Virus record (IMG/VR): IMGVR_UViG_2534681649_000006
Direction: 5' to 3' (one strand)
Length of the DNA stretch: 7,068 nt
DNA from: a virus
Taxonomy: Duplodnaviria; Heunggongvirae; Uroviricota; Caudoviricetes
Shown here one piece after another: positions 1-6,977 of this stretch (position 1 is the stretch's first letter; every line of letters starts with the position of its first letter). Below the pieces are notes generated by a model. It saw nothing but the letters and a program-made list of their open reading frames with translations, ran no database searches and had not been told where the DNA came from. A program made the translations under genes and the position numbers.

Positions 1-296
1 TTCGCAAAATAAGCGGAAGCCTGGCGAAGGATATCGTTACTGCGGCGCAGTTCACGATTTTCACGTTCCAGCTCTTTCAGACGCTGACGTTCAGCGGTGG
101 TGAGCCCGCCATCACCGCCTCCGGTATCCCGCTCATGCTGGCGTACCCAGACACGCAGAGTCTCCGGTGTACAGCCAATCTTTGGGGCAATGGAACAAAT
201 TGCCGCCCACTGTGAGTCATATTCGCCCTGACTTTCCAGAACCATACGAATCGCCCTCTGACGGACTTCGGGGGAAAAACGAGTATTTTTAGTCAT
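1..296 (-). CDS. IS3-family transposase OrfA (HTH/leucine-zipper N-terminal ORF), 3' end outside window
   Basis: ATG at 296-294 (minus). Translation is [98 protein letters not shown]..., open to the window edge and matching recalled IS629/IS1203 OrfA. Confidence 0.85.
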   Translation of the reverse strand, partial: MTKNTRFSPEVRQRAIRMVLESQGEYDSQWAAICSIAPKIGCTPETLRVWVRQHERDTGGGDGGLTTAERQRLKELERENRELRRSNDILRQASAYFA

Positions 297-350
297 CCTG
301 TTTACCTCTTTCTCAGGGAGTTTAGTCTCCAGGATTCCCGGGGCGGTTCA
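1..350 (-). mobile_element. IS3-family insertion sequence (IS629/IS1203-like), partial: terminal inverted repeat plus 5' part of orfA; element continues beyond the window start
   Basis: Reverse complement of 297-350 is TGAACCGCCCCGGGAATCCTGGAGACTAAACTCCCTGAGAAAGAGGTAAACAGG, which I recognise as the IS629-group terminus, followed directly by the orfA start. The flanking yeeJ reading frame is cut exactly at 350/351. Recognised from memory, not searched. Confidence 0.85.
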
Positions 351-1676
351 CTTCCCTGTCACGGGGTCTGTCAGGGTCAGGCGAACCAGTTCTTTTTTGC
401 GATATTCCAGAACGATATTGTTGTTGCGATCCACCAGATCATAACGGCTGCCTGCAAGGCTACGCCGTGCAGCGACTTCATTCGGGTCAAGCTGTTTCTG
501 CATTGCGCTGCCAGGTTGCCAGGTAAAATCGACGGCAAAACGGGTGTCATTTTCGCCCTGTTTACCCTAGCGTTGCTCCGCGCTGAAGGTCATCAGCGGG
601 AAGGGGGTATAGTTAAGTCCAGCGGTTATGGCATGAGGATTACTTTGCCGATCGTCTTTATCGAACAGGGCCACTTCATCGCCATAATACTGTTCATAGA
701 CCAGTTTACCGCCAAGGTGCGGCCAGGCGGGTAGCCAGCTTTCTGCGCGTACATCCCAGCCATTGGCCGGGCGTGCTTCATAATCGTTGTCCAGTTCAGG
801 TGCGCTGCGCCAGTTGGTCAGTCGCAAATAGCCGTTACTGCTTAATTTTAGATAGTCGCGCCAGTACTCCGCGCCAATGCCGGCGCGGGAGTGGTAACGG
901 CTAAGATCGTGGTCGAAAAAGAAGTTGATGCCTGACATCCATGTGGGAGTGAAATGACGCCAACCTAAGCCGTTGTTAATCTGCGTACGCTCGTCAGTAC
1001 GATGGAGAGTATGCTGACTGAAAAAGAGATTATCAGGCGTTTCATACCACGGATGGAGAAAATCGAACTGGGAGTTCTTCAGGCTAAAATCTTCATCCAC
1101 GCCCAGCGTGATTCTTGCGGTACCGAAGCGGCTTAACCAGTCTGTCATTGCGCCTGAAGCCTGAGAAGAGGCCCATCCACGCGCCATATTTGCCGCTTGC
1201 TCGCTGTTCATATCTTCGGCGAGCAGAGACCCGATTTGCTGTGAAGTACTGGCTATCTGTTGCTCGAGGTTGTCACTGCTATTACCCGGCGGCGGGGTTA
1301 ATTTTTTTTCACTAACTTGTGCCGGGACATCCAGTTCATCACCCTGGCGGACATTATTAAAACCTCGAGCAAACGTACGAAACTGGTTGAGTTTGCGTAA
1401 CTCAGCCACCGAAATACCGAAACGTTCGGCAACGCTTTGGGCCGATTCCAGCGCTCCAAGGATGTAGGGCACCGTATTGGCATTTGCAATGGCAATTTGT
1501 GCAGGAACTGGTTGTTGGGTTGCGGCGTTTACCACACCTTGTGCTGCCGCAGCCATAGGGAACGCAAGTTGAGTTATCAGACAGATACCCGCAGTTAAGC
1601 GGCGTAGTTTAATTCCCATCCCGCATAATATTTGTCGGTCATTTATTTCTTCTCCACTTCTCTTCTTCGTAGCCAT
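351..1676 (-). pseudogene. yeeJ: yeeJ fragment: inverse autotransporter (intimin/invasin-family) adhesin, N-terminal region only; in-frame TAG at 567-569 and IS insertion at 350/351
   Basis: Minus-strand frame from ATG 1676-1674 reads MATKKRSGEEINDRQILCGMGIKLRRL... with a signal-like segment, a LysM-like region and the start of a beta-barrel. The frame stops at TAG (567-569) after ...FSAEQR, then stays open in the same frame for 72 more codons (GKQGENDTRFAVDFTWQPGS...DPVTGK) until the IS terminus at 350. Synteny yeeJ-asnT-mtfA-serU matches E. coli K-12 as I recall it. Full-length YeeJ is over 2000 aa, so most of the gene is displaced by the IS. Confidence 0.8.
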
Positions 1677-1873
1677 GCTTACCTTCCCTGAACGAGCTAA
1701 CATAAATGCGCCCTTTCTAGCACAGCGAAAAAATGTAAATACTGATAGCAATATGATTGAAAATTAATAACTTTTCGTTAGGCAGTTTTGGGTGTGAGTT
1801 GCAAGAGGGGAGACTACTGAATAACTCAAGTTTTATAATCGAGGGGAAAATGGTGATGGCGTTCATAGCAAAA

Positions 1874-1900
1874 CGCCCTCAACCATAAAGGTCGAGGGCG
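1874..1900 (-). terminator. Candidate intrinsic terminator downstream of asnT (minus strand)
   Basis: Inverted repeat CGCCCTC (1874-1880) / GAGGGCG (1894-1900), with inner pairing that could extend the stem. On the minus strand it is followed by TTTT (complement of 1870-1873). Only a 4-nt U-run and about 90 nt from the tRNA 3' end, so weak. Confidence 0.3.
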
Positions 1901-1989
1901 CTTAAGATGTTAAAAACCCGCTATCCGTTAAAAAACAATGTTCAACTAAGGTCAGTGACATTGCGCTAAAAAAGCGAATTTTTAGAATT

Positions 1990-2065
1990 TGGCTCCTCTG
2001 ACTGGACTCGAACCAGTGACATACGGATTAACAGTCCGCCGTTCTACCGACTGAACTACAGAGGA
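1990..2065 (-). tRNA. asnT: tRNA-Asn (anticodon GUU)
   Basis: Reverse complement is TCCTCTGTAGTTCAGTCGGTAGAACGGCGGACTGTTAATCCGTATGTCACTGGTTCGAGTCCAGTCAGAGGAGCCA, a canonical 76-nt E. coli tRNA-Asn with anticodon loop CU-GUU-AA and encoded CCA. The asnT name is assigned by synteny between mtfA and yeeJ; all E. coli asn tRNA copies have the same sequence. Confidence 0.95.
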
Positions 2066-2076
2066 ATCGTGTGAAC

Positions 2077-2112
2077 GGGGCGCATATTACTTAGCGGTAC
2101 CTTGTCTGTCAA
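2077..2112 (-). promoter_or_regulatory. asnT sigma70 promoter: -35 TTGACA, 17-bp spacer, -10 TAATAT, GC-rich discriminator
   Basis: On the minus strand: TTGACA (complement of 2107-2112), 17-nt spacer, TAATAT (complement of 2084-2089), then GCGCCCC, the stringent-type discriminator typical of stable-RNA promoters. Predicted start is about 11 nt upstream of the mature tRNA 5' end. An AT-rich tract with two TTAATTAA palindromes lies upstream (2139-2170). Confidence 0.55.
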
Positions 2113-2165
2113 CACTAAATTTCATAAGTCATTTCAATTGGTTAATTAATATGCAAAGTTGTTAA

Positions 2166-2963
2166 TTAATGAACATTCGTCGCCGAAAACGAGTCTGTAT
2201 CATTAGCGTGATGCAGTCTCTGCAAAGGATCTTGTTGATAAAATTGGCAGAAACGTTGCCACAATGAAGGGAAACGAGGAGCAAAAAGTTCTGGGGCGCT
2301 AAAGAAATATTCAGAAAGTACGGCAAAACATTCAGCAGGATCGCTGGCTGCATAAGCATCAATGCTCGCCGCATTCTCGCCAACCAATTCGATTTCTTCC
2401 TGAATGTTGTTCATTGCAGCATGAAGATCGTGTTCCCAGCCAGCAACCTCACGCAACGGAATAAAGGGAACTCCGCTGGCGCGATCGCCGTTACGGGTGT
2501 CCAGCTTATGAGCGACTTCATGAATAATCAGGTTAAAACCAGAAGCATCAAAAGAATCTTGTATATCCAACCAGTTCAAAACGATAGGCCCTTGCTGCCA
2601 GCTCTGACCTGACTGAACAATACGTTGGTTATGCACCAGACCGATATCGTCTTCCCATTCATCATCGACCACAAATGGCGCAGGATAAATTAAGACTTCA
2701 TGAAAACCATCCAGCCATTCCAGTCCTAACTCCAGAACGGGTAGGCAAAATAGAAGTGCTATCCGGCAGCTTCTTAATGAATCCAGTTCAAAGCCCTGTA
2801 AAGGAACAAGCCGCTTTTGCTGTAAAAAACGTTCGGCAAGAGTGACTAATTTGCTTTGTTCCTGTTCCGTCAGACACGTTAAAAGGGGGATCGATAGTGC
2901 TTCCTGCCAGGGAAGGGCAGTTTGATGTGCTGATTCTTGTACTTTCCAGGGCCACTTAATCAT
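2166..2963 (-). CDS. mtfA: MtfA (Mlc titration factor A; zinc-dependent peptidase, HExxH motif HEVAH)
   Basis: ATG 2963-2961 to TAA 2168-2166, 265 codons. Translation [28 protein letters not shown]...[21 protein letters not shown]...SATNVH matches recalled E. coli MtfA/YeeI. The track ORF 2166..3002 is a 13-codon upstream extension that I do not favour. Confidence 0.9.
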   Translation of the reverse strand: MIKWPWKVQESAHQTALPWQEALSIPLLTCLTEQEQSKLVTLAERFLQQKRLVPLQGFELDSLRSCRIALLFCLPVLELGLEWLDGFHEVLIYPAPFVVDDEWEDDIGLVHNQRIVQSGQSWQQGPIVLNWLDIQDSFDASGFNLIIHEVAHKLDTRNGDRASGVPFIPLREVAGWEHDLHAAMNNIQEEIELVGENAASIDAYAASDPAECFAVLSEYFFSAPELFAPRFPSLWQRFCQFYQQDPLQRLHHANDTDSFSATNVH

Positions 2964-3056
2964 CGTTTTGCTCGCAAACTCGTCACTTGAACAAAATTGC
3001 ACGGACAGGGACTGTTAAAATGCCAAATTTCCTGGCATCATGGCAACCATCTGAAC

Positions 3057-3146
3057 GGAGAGATGCCGGAGCGGCTGAACGGACCGGTCTCGAAAACCGG
3101 AGTGGGGGCAACTCCACCGGGGGTTCAAATCCCCCTCTCTCCGCCA
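3057..3146 (+). tRNA. serU: tRNA-Ser (anticodon CGA)
   Basis: GGAGAGATGCCGGAGCGGCTGAACGGACCGGTCTCGAAAACCGGAGTGGGGGCAACTCCACCGGGGGTTCAAATCCCCCTCTCTCCGCCA: 90 nt with a long variable arm, anticodon loop CU-CGA-AA and encoded CCA. Divergent from mtfA, as in K-12. Confidence 0.95.
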
Positions 3147-3173
3147 AAATTCAATCACTTATACATCATTAAG

Positions 3174-4199
3174 TCAGTGACAAAAATCACACGTGGAATT
3201 ACTTGGAATATTTTCAGGTAACGGGACATCAAGTGTCGGTGAAACTTTAACCTTCCTGTCATAGATTAGCACTTGCCCCTCGGTTTTGTGACCAGAGAAA
3301 AGTTGCTTATCCCGACTGCTTCCTTCATAGTCTGAAATTCCTTTCGCCTTCAGATCATGAAAGGTGAAGTCGGTTAAAATACCTGAAATTTTGCCTGCGC
3401 GATTTCTTGCTTCTACCCACATTTCGTTAAAGCCTTTGTACATATATCGGTTGCCGTATTGATTGCTGATTACATAGGCGGATGTTGGTAACTGTTTTGC
3501 TTTTTCGATCGCCGCCTGTAATCGTGGACTCCATGCTTTTATCTGTTTTTTTCCTGTTTTCCCTTGCTGGATAAAGATCCCGTCGTTTCCAATCTGCTCC
3601 CATTTCAGCGATAACACATCGGAAACCCTCGCTGCACACAGATAGGCAATTTCCATTGCGATAAAAACAGGAAGAGGTGCAACGCTTAATACTGCCTGGT
3701 ATTCTTTGTCGGTTACATATCGTTCGCGGTTTTTGGCCTTGAATTTACTTACACCTGCACATGGGTTAGCCTTCACGTACCCTCGCTCATACCCCCAACT
3801 GTAAACGCGGGACTTCATGGTTGGCTTGCGTTTTACTCTGTTCCCCTCTCTTGTCCATGTATCGACGGATGTGTTCTGGTTTTATGGAATCTGCCGGCAC
3901 CTTACCGAATACGGCAAGCAACTTTTTTGATGTTGCAGATAATCTTTTTGTGTTCTTGGACTGAGGTCACTGTAATAGGCGCTGGCGAGGAATTTTTCCC
4001 ACAAGCGACCGAATGTCATTGCACGATCGCGATTATTTACAGTTTCCTCATACTTTTTCCATAAAGCAGCTAAACCATCCTTGATGGCGGTTAGTGTTAC
4101 AGATTCGCTGGATGTTGGTTTCCATACATAACTATATTTATTTGGGTATACATTTGGAGGTAATTTTTCGTGCTCAGGATTTTTCCTTCGTCTTCCCAT
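3174..4199 (-). pseudogene. Lambda-family tyrosine integrase with an in-frame TAA at 3882-3884 (codon 106 of about 341)
   Basis: Track ORFs 3882..4199 (MGRRRKNPEHEKLPPNVY..., lambda-Int-like arm-binding N-terminus) and 3174..3818 (catalytic domain) are in the same frame, separated only by TAA and 21 open codons (NQNTSVDTWTREGNRVKRKPT). Catalytic-domain landmarks are present: AARVSDVLSLKW (Arg I), GKTGKK, FHDLK, GHK and LIYDRK (Tyr). Confidence 0.8.
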
Positions 4200-4402
4200 C
4201 AGATCGCACCAAAATTCGGCTCTACCTCGCGTGGTGGTAAAGTTTTATTGCAGGTAAATAGATCCCGGCTGACAATCGGTTTGCCACTACGATTGGTATA
4301 GAACGGAAGCTCGTTTTCCATTAACCATTTTCGCTGGTGGCTTGCATATTTGCAGCCCGTTAATATTAGCAATTCATCTTCGGTTAAAAATAAGCTGCTC
4401 AT
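4199..4402 (-). CDS. Small phage excisionase-like / DUF4224-type DNA-binding protein (putative recombination directionality factor)
   Basis: 67 codons, MSSLFLTEDELLILTGCKYASHQRKWLMENELPFYTNRSGKPIVSRDLF..., resembling small proteins found immediately upstream of phage integrases. Its stop overlaps the int start (TGATG at 4197-4201), consistent with translational coupling. Confidence 0.6.
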   Translation of the reverse strand: MSSLFLTEDELLILTGCKYASHQRKWLMENELPFYTNRSGKPIVSRDLFTCNKTLPPREVEPNFGAI

Positions 4403-4419
4403 AGCTATATCTCATAACC

Positions 4420-4445
4420 GCCGCTAACTATATACGGTTAGCGGC
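4420..4445 (-). promoter_or_regulatory. Perfect 9-bp inverted repeat (GCCGCTAAC, 8-nt loop, GTTAGCGGC) between the exo stop and the xis-like start
   Basis: 4420-4428 pairs with 4437-4445. It lies 17 nt upstream of the xis-like ATG on the transcribed strand and is not followed by a U-run, so it is not a canonical terminator; possibly an operator, RNA processing or arm-type site. Confidence 0.3.
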
Positions 4446-4460
4446 AATTAGGGTTGAACA

Positions 4461-5003
4461 TTAAAAATCAGCCTGACTCGGGATCAGTTTTTGCCAGATA
4501 GCTGAAACGTATTTTGCCTGGTAACGAGCGTCATCAAGTGCATTATGGCGCTCACCTTCGAATGGAATAGCCGTTCTGGCATCGAAGTCTATGGCTTTCC
4601 CCAGCTCAACGATTGTGCGTACATCGCGATCGTTGTAGTAACGCCACGGGCAGGGGATCCCCTGCCGTTCGTATGAACGGCGCAAAATCGTGTTGTCGAA
4701 GTTGGCTCCATTTCCCCAGACCTGAACAAAAAATTCACCGGAGTTTTCGTCGATAAATTCCCGCAATTGTAACAGTGCATCATCTAACGGGATTTCATCG
4801 GTCATAATGGCAGATTGCGCTTCGCGTGATTGCTTAAGCCACCATTTAATGGTGTCCCGATCAATGACTCCGCCAGCAGTTTCCAGATCGATAGTCTTAC
4901 TAAATTCGGGTCCCATATCTCCGGTTTGCGGATCGAAAAATATTGCACCTATTGAGATGATCGGGGCATCAGGATTTTTTCCCATGGTTTCAAGGTCGAT
5001 CAT
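4461..5003 (-). CDS. DEDDh-type 3'-5' exonuclease (DnaQ-like fold), prophage-encoded
   Basis: MIDLETMGKNPDAPIISIGAIFF (Exo I, D-x-E), VWGNGANFDNTIL (Exo II) and ERHNALDDARYQAKY (Exo III, H-x4-D). I place the start at ATG 5003-5001, 7 nt after the TGA of the upstream recE-like frame. The track ORF start at 5186 adds a 61-residue Lys/Arg-rich extension that looks like an out-of-frame reading of the acidic recE-like tail. Start is uncertain. Confidence 0.65.
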   Translation of the reverse strand: MIDLETMGKNPDAPIISIGAIFFDPQTGDMGPEFSKTIDLETAGGVIDRDTIKWWLKQSREAQSAIMTDEIPLDDALLQLREFIDENSGEFFVQVWGNGANFDNTILRRSYERQGIPCPWRYYNDRDVRTIVELGKAIDFDARTAIPFEGERHNALDDARYQAKYVSAIWQKLIPSQADF

Positions 5004-5010
5004 TAGATGG

Positions 5011-6646
5011 TCACACGTCCTGCTGGTGGATGTGATTTCGTGATGACCATTCACCGTAATTAATCTCGCCAGTTTTACTATCGCTGGCGTGGTCCTGAGC
5101 GCTGCCAGCATTCTCCTTGTGTGGATGTTCAGCGCCTTCCATTTCCTCCGGATCATTTTCCTGAACTTCAACCTGATTCTCTTCATCGAATGTTTTCTGG
5201 TATGTTGCGTCGTCCATCACCGCGCCACAATCAGGGTAGTTGCCGCCACCGCTCTGACCGCAGGCGGTGCAGACTTTTTCCGGTTCCTGTTGCGCTACTG
5301 GTTCGGATTGTTTCGTTTCTGGCTCGTTTTGTAACGCATTTGGGCTGTTTTGTTCCGCTTTTTGGTCGTTCCGTTCCGATTCATGCTGGTTCTGGTTCAC
5401 AGAATCGCGAGTCTGGATCCCCTTGACCCATTTCGGATCATTAGGGTCGCTAATCCCCTCAACAAATTCACCACGCGATACAGCAAGTAACTTATCGGCG
5501 TCAGGCTGGCTGATATTGGCTGCCTGCATAATTTTGTTTACTTCGTCAGCGGTGACTTTTACTTGGTTAGCGGAACTCACCTGCGACTGAGCATCCAGCG
5601 ACTGCGCGTTCTGGCAATGTTCAGTTGTATCCGGTTCCATTGTTTCAGTTGTTGCCTGTTCACCTGCCATTGCGTCAGATGGTTGTGGTTTTTCTTCTTC
5701 TGTTTCACGCTCAGTAACCACCTCGCGGTTAATTTCTTCCAGGATATCTTTTTCCGGCGTATGCCGGGTAGCTGTGAGAGTTTCCTTGCTGGGGTTCTCG
5801 TGATCAGTTTCCGTCAAATAGGCGTTGATATACCCCTGAAGGCGTCCCGGGTAGTGATAAAATTCAGGGTGTGCGCTTCGGATAAGTGCAAAAATAGCGG
5901 CGCGGGAATAGTCCAGAATACCCGGGGGTGCACGAAGTGCTGCGGACCATTCTTTGAACGGACTTTCTTTTTTCAGGACTACTTCTTTTGCGCGACGATA
6001 AACGCTGCCCGGAATTTCATAAATATTAAAATCCATCGGAAGTGTGGCTGCTGCAATCTCCACATCCAGTGTGTCGAGGGTGTGTACTAAATTCGGATTG
6101 CGATCGGTTTTGTTCCCACCACCAGCATTAGCACCGGAAGCCGTGCGGGTGATGCGTGAAACACGATTTCCTTTCATCCACTCTTTTGTCAGCAGGCCCC
6201 GAACAGTGTAGTCAGCGTCCAAGTATGCTTCGAAAAAAGCAGTTATTAGTCCCAGGTCTGAATTACCAGGATTAGGGAAAACTTTGTCAGTGTCACGAAC
6301 CAGTTTGTGGAGGTCGCGAATCTCCAGCGAGTCGAGCAGACTGGTTTTATGCGAAATAGCCAGGGCAGTAACAGCCGGTAGTTCTTCAGCCCGTGCAATG
6401 TGTAATGCCTAGAGTTCGTCGCGTGAAACGTGCGTTACTGGTTTTTCGCTGCCGTGTTGAGCAAGCCAACGAATGGGCAGTTCCTGACCGGAGACAGGTA
6501 GAAGCATGCTCTCCTCAATCTCAGTCATGTCTTCGCCGTTGATGTTGGTATTATCAGTGCTGGCTGATTTGTCCTGAACAGAGGGGGAAGGGCCGATAAA
6601 TGTCATTGTGATGCCATCTTTCCCGCCTTTTTCATAGCGGTTGCAG
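5011..6646 (-). pseudogene. RecE (exodeoxyribonuclease VIII)-like N-terminal region: 5' end cut by IS1 at 6646/6647, in-frame TAG at 6409-6411
   Basis: One minus-strand frame reads CNRYEKGG...[47 protein letters not shown], then TAG, then [36 protein letters not shown]...[36 protein letters not shown]...[19 protein letters not shown]...[10 protein letters not shown]..., ending at TGA 5013-5011. Long stretches match my recollection of the non-catalytic N-terminal part of Rac RecE. The track ORFs 6409..6660 and 5011..6222 are in the same frame; their apparent starts are TTG codons, the first inside the IS1 terminus. Confidence 0.75.
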
Positions 6647-6701
6647 GGTAATGCTGCCAACTTACTGATTTAGTGTATGATGGTGATTTTAAGGTGCTTG
6701 C

Positions 6702-6977
6702 GTGGCTTCCATTTCCATCAGATGTCCTTCCTGCTCCGCTACTGAAGGCGTGGTGCGTAACGGCAAAAGCACTGCCGGACATCAGCGCTATCTCTGCTCT
6801 CATTGCCGTAAAACATGGCAACTACAGTTCACTTACACCGCCTCTCAGCCCGGTACGCACCAGAAAATCATTGATATGGCCATGAATGGCGTCGGATGTC
6901 GCGCCAGTGCACGCATTATGGGCGTTGGCCTCAACACGGTTTTACGTCACTTAAAAAACTCAGGCCGCAGTCGGTAA
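6702..6977 (+). CDS. insA: IS1 InsA (transposition inhibitor / N-terminal part of InsAB' transposase)
   Basis: GTG start at 6702. Translation [91 protein letters not shown], 91 aa, stop TAA 6975-6977. It differs at a few residues from the IS1A InsA I recall, so a divergent isoform. Confidence 0.9.
   Translation: MASISIRCPSCSATEGVVRNGKSTAGHQRYLCSHCRKTWQLQFTYTASQPGTHQKIIDMAMNGVGCRASARIMGVGLNTVLRHLKNSGRSR

Noticed and set aside
516-1495. Track ORFs 516..734 (+), 1115..1315 (+), 1270..1467 (+) and 1298..1495 (-) within the yeeJ region
   Set aside because: All lie antisense to, or in alternative frames of, the well-supported yeeJ reading frame. They have no start context or recognisable motifs and are explained as overlap artefacts.
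1677-1751. N-terminal extension of the 394-aa track ORF (start at 1751) ahead of MATKKRSG
   Set aside because: The ATG at 1676 with an upstream GGAAGG Shine-Dalgarno-like sequence matches the YeeJ start I recall. The extension is just open frame upstream of the real start.
1850-1888. 12-codon plus-strand mini-ORF (MVMAFIAKRPQP) with an upstream GAGGGG, between yeeJ and asnT
   Set aside because: Too short and unsupported. The TATAAT-like hexamer nearby has no properly spaced -35, and the ORF overlaps the hairpin I interpret as a minus-strand terminator. Probably chance.
2162-2612. Track ORFs 2162..2383 (-) and 2421..2612 (+) overlapping mtfA
   Set aside because: Alternative-frame and antisense ORFs inside an intact, recognisable mtfA.
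2987-3221. Track ORFs 2987..3172 (+) and 2997..3221 (+)
   Set aside because: They run straight through the tRNA-Ser gene, so they are translations of tRNA sequence, not coding.
3427-3639. Track ORF 3427..3639 (-) inside the integrase
   Set aside because: Alternative frame of the integrase catalytic domain; no independent support.
5004-5186. 61-residue Lys/Arg-rich N-terminal extension of the exonuclease ORF (track start at 5186)
   Set aside because: It overlaps the acidic C-terminal tail of the recE-like frame in another frame, and the DEDDh domain begins at MIDLETMG. Most likely an out-of-frame artefact, though a fusion joined by a frameshift cannot be excluded.
4589-6090. Track ORFs 4589..4783 (-), 4807..5043 (+), 5089..5334 (+), 5121..5426 (+), 5267..5590 (+), 5563..6090 (+), including a 175-aa Cys/Phe-rich ORF
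   Set aside because: Antisense or out-of-frame readings of the Glu/Asp-rich recE-like and exo coding sequence, with low-complexity composition typical of such shadows. No motifs.
567-6411. Possibility that TAG is read as Gln (stop-codon recoding, as in some recoded phages)
   Set aside because: One of the TAGs is in a chromosomal host gene (yeeJ), Gln is otherwise encoded by CAG/CAA throughout, and neither tRNA in the window has a CUA anticodon. Nonsense mutation is far more parsimonious.
6603-6885. Track ORFs 6603..6821 (-) and 6673..6885 (+)
   Set aside because: They overlap the IS1 terminus and insA in other frames or on the other strand. IS1 coding capacity is accounted for by insA and insB.
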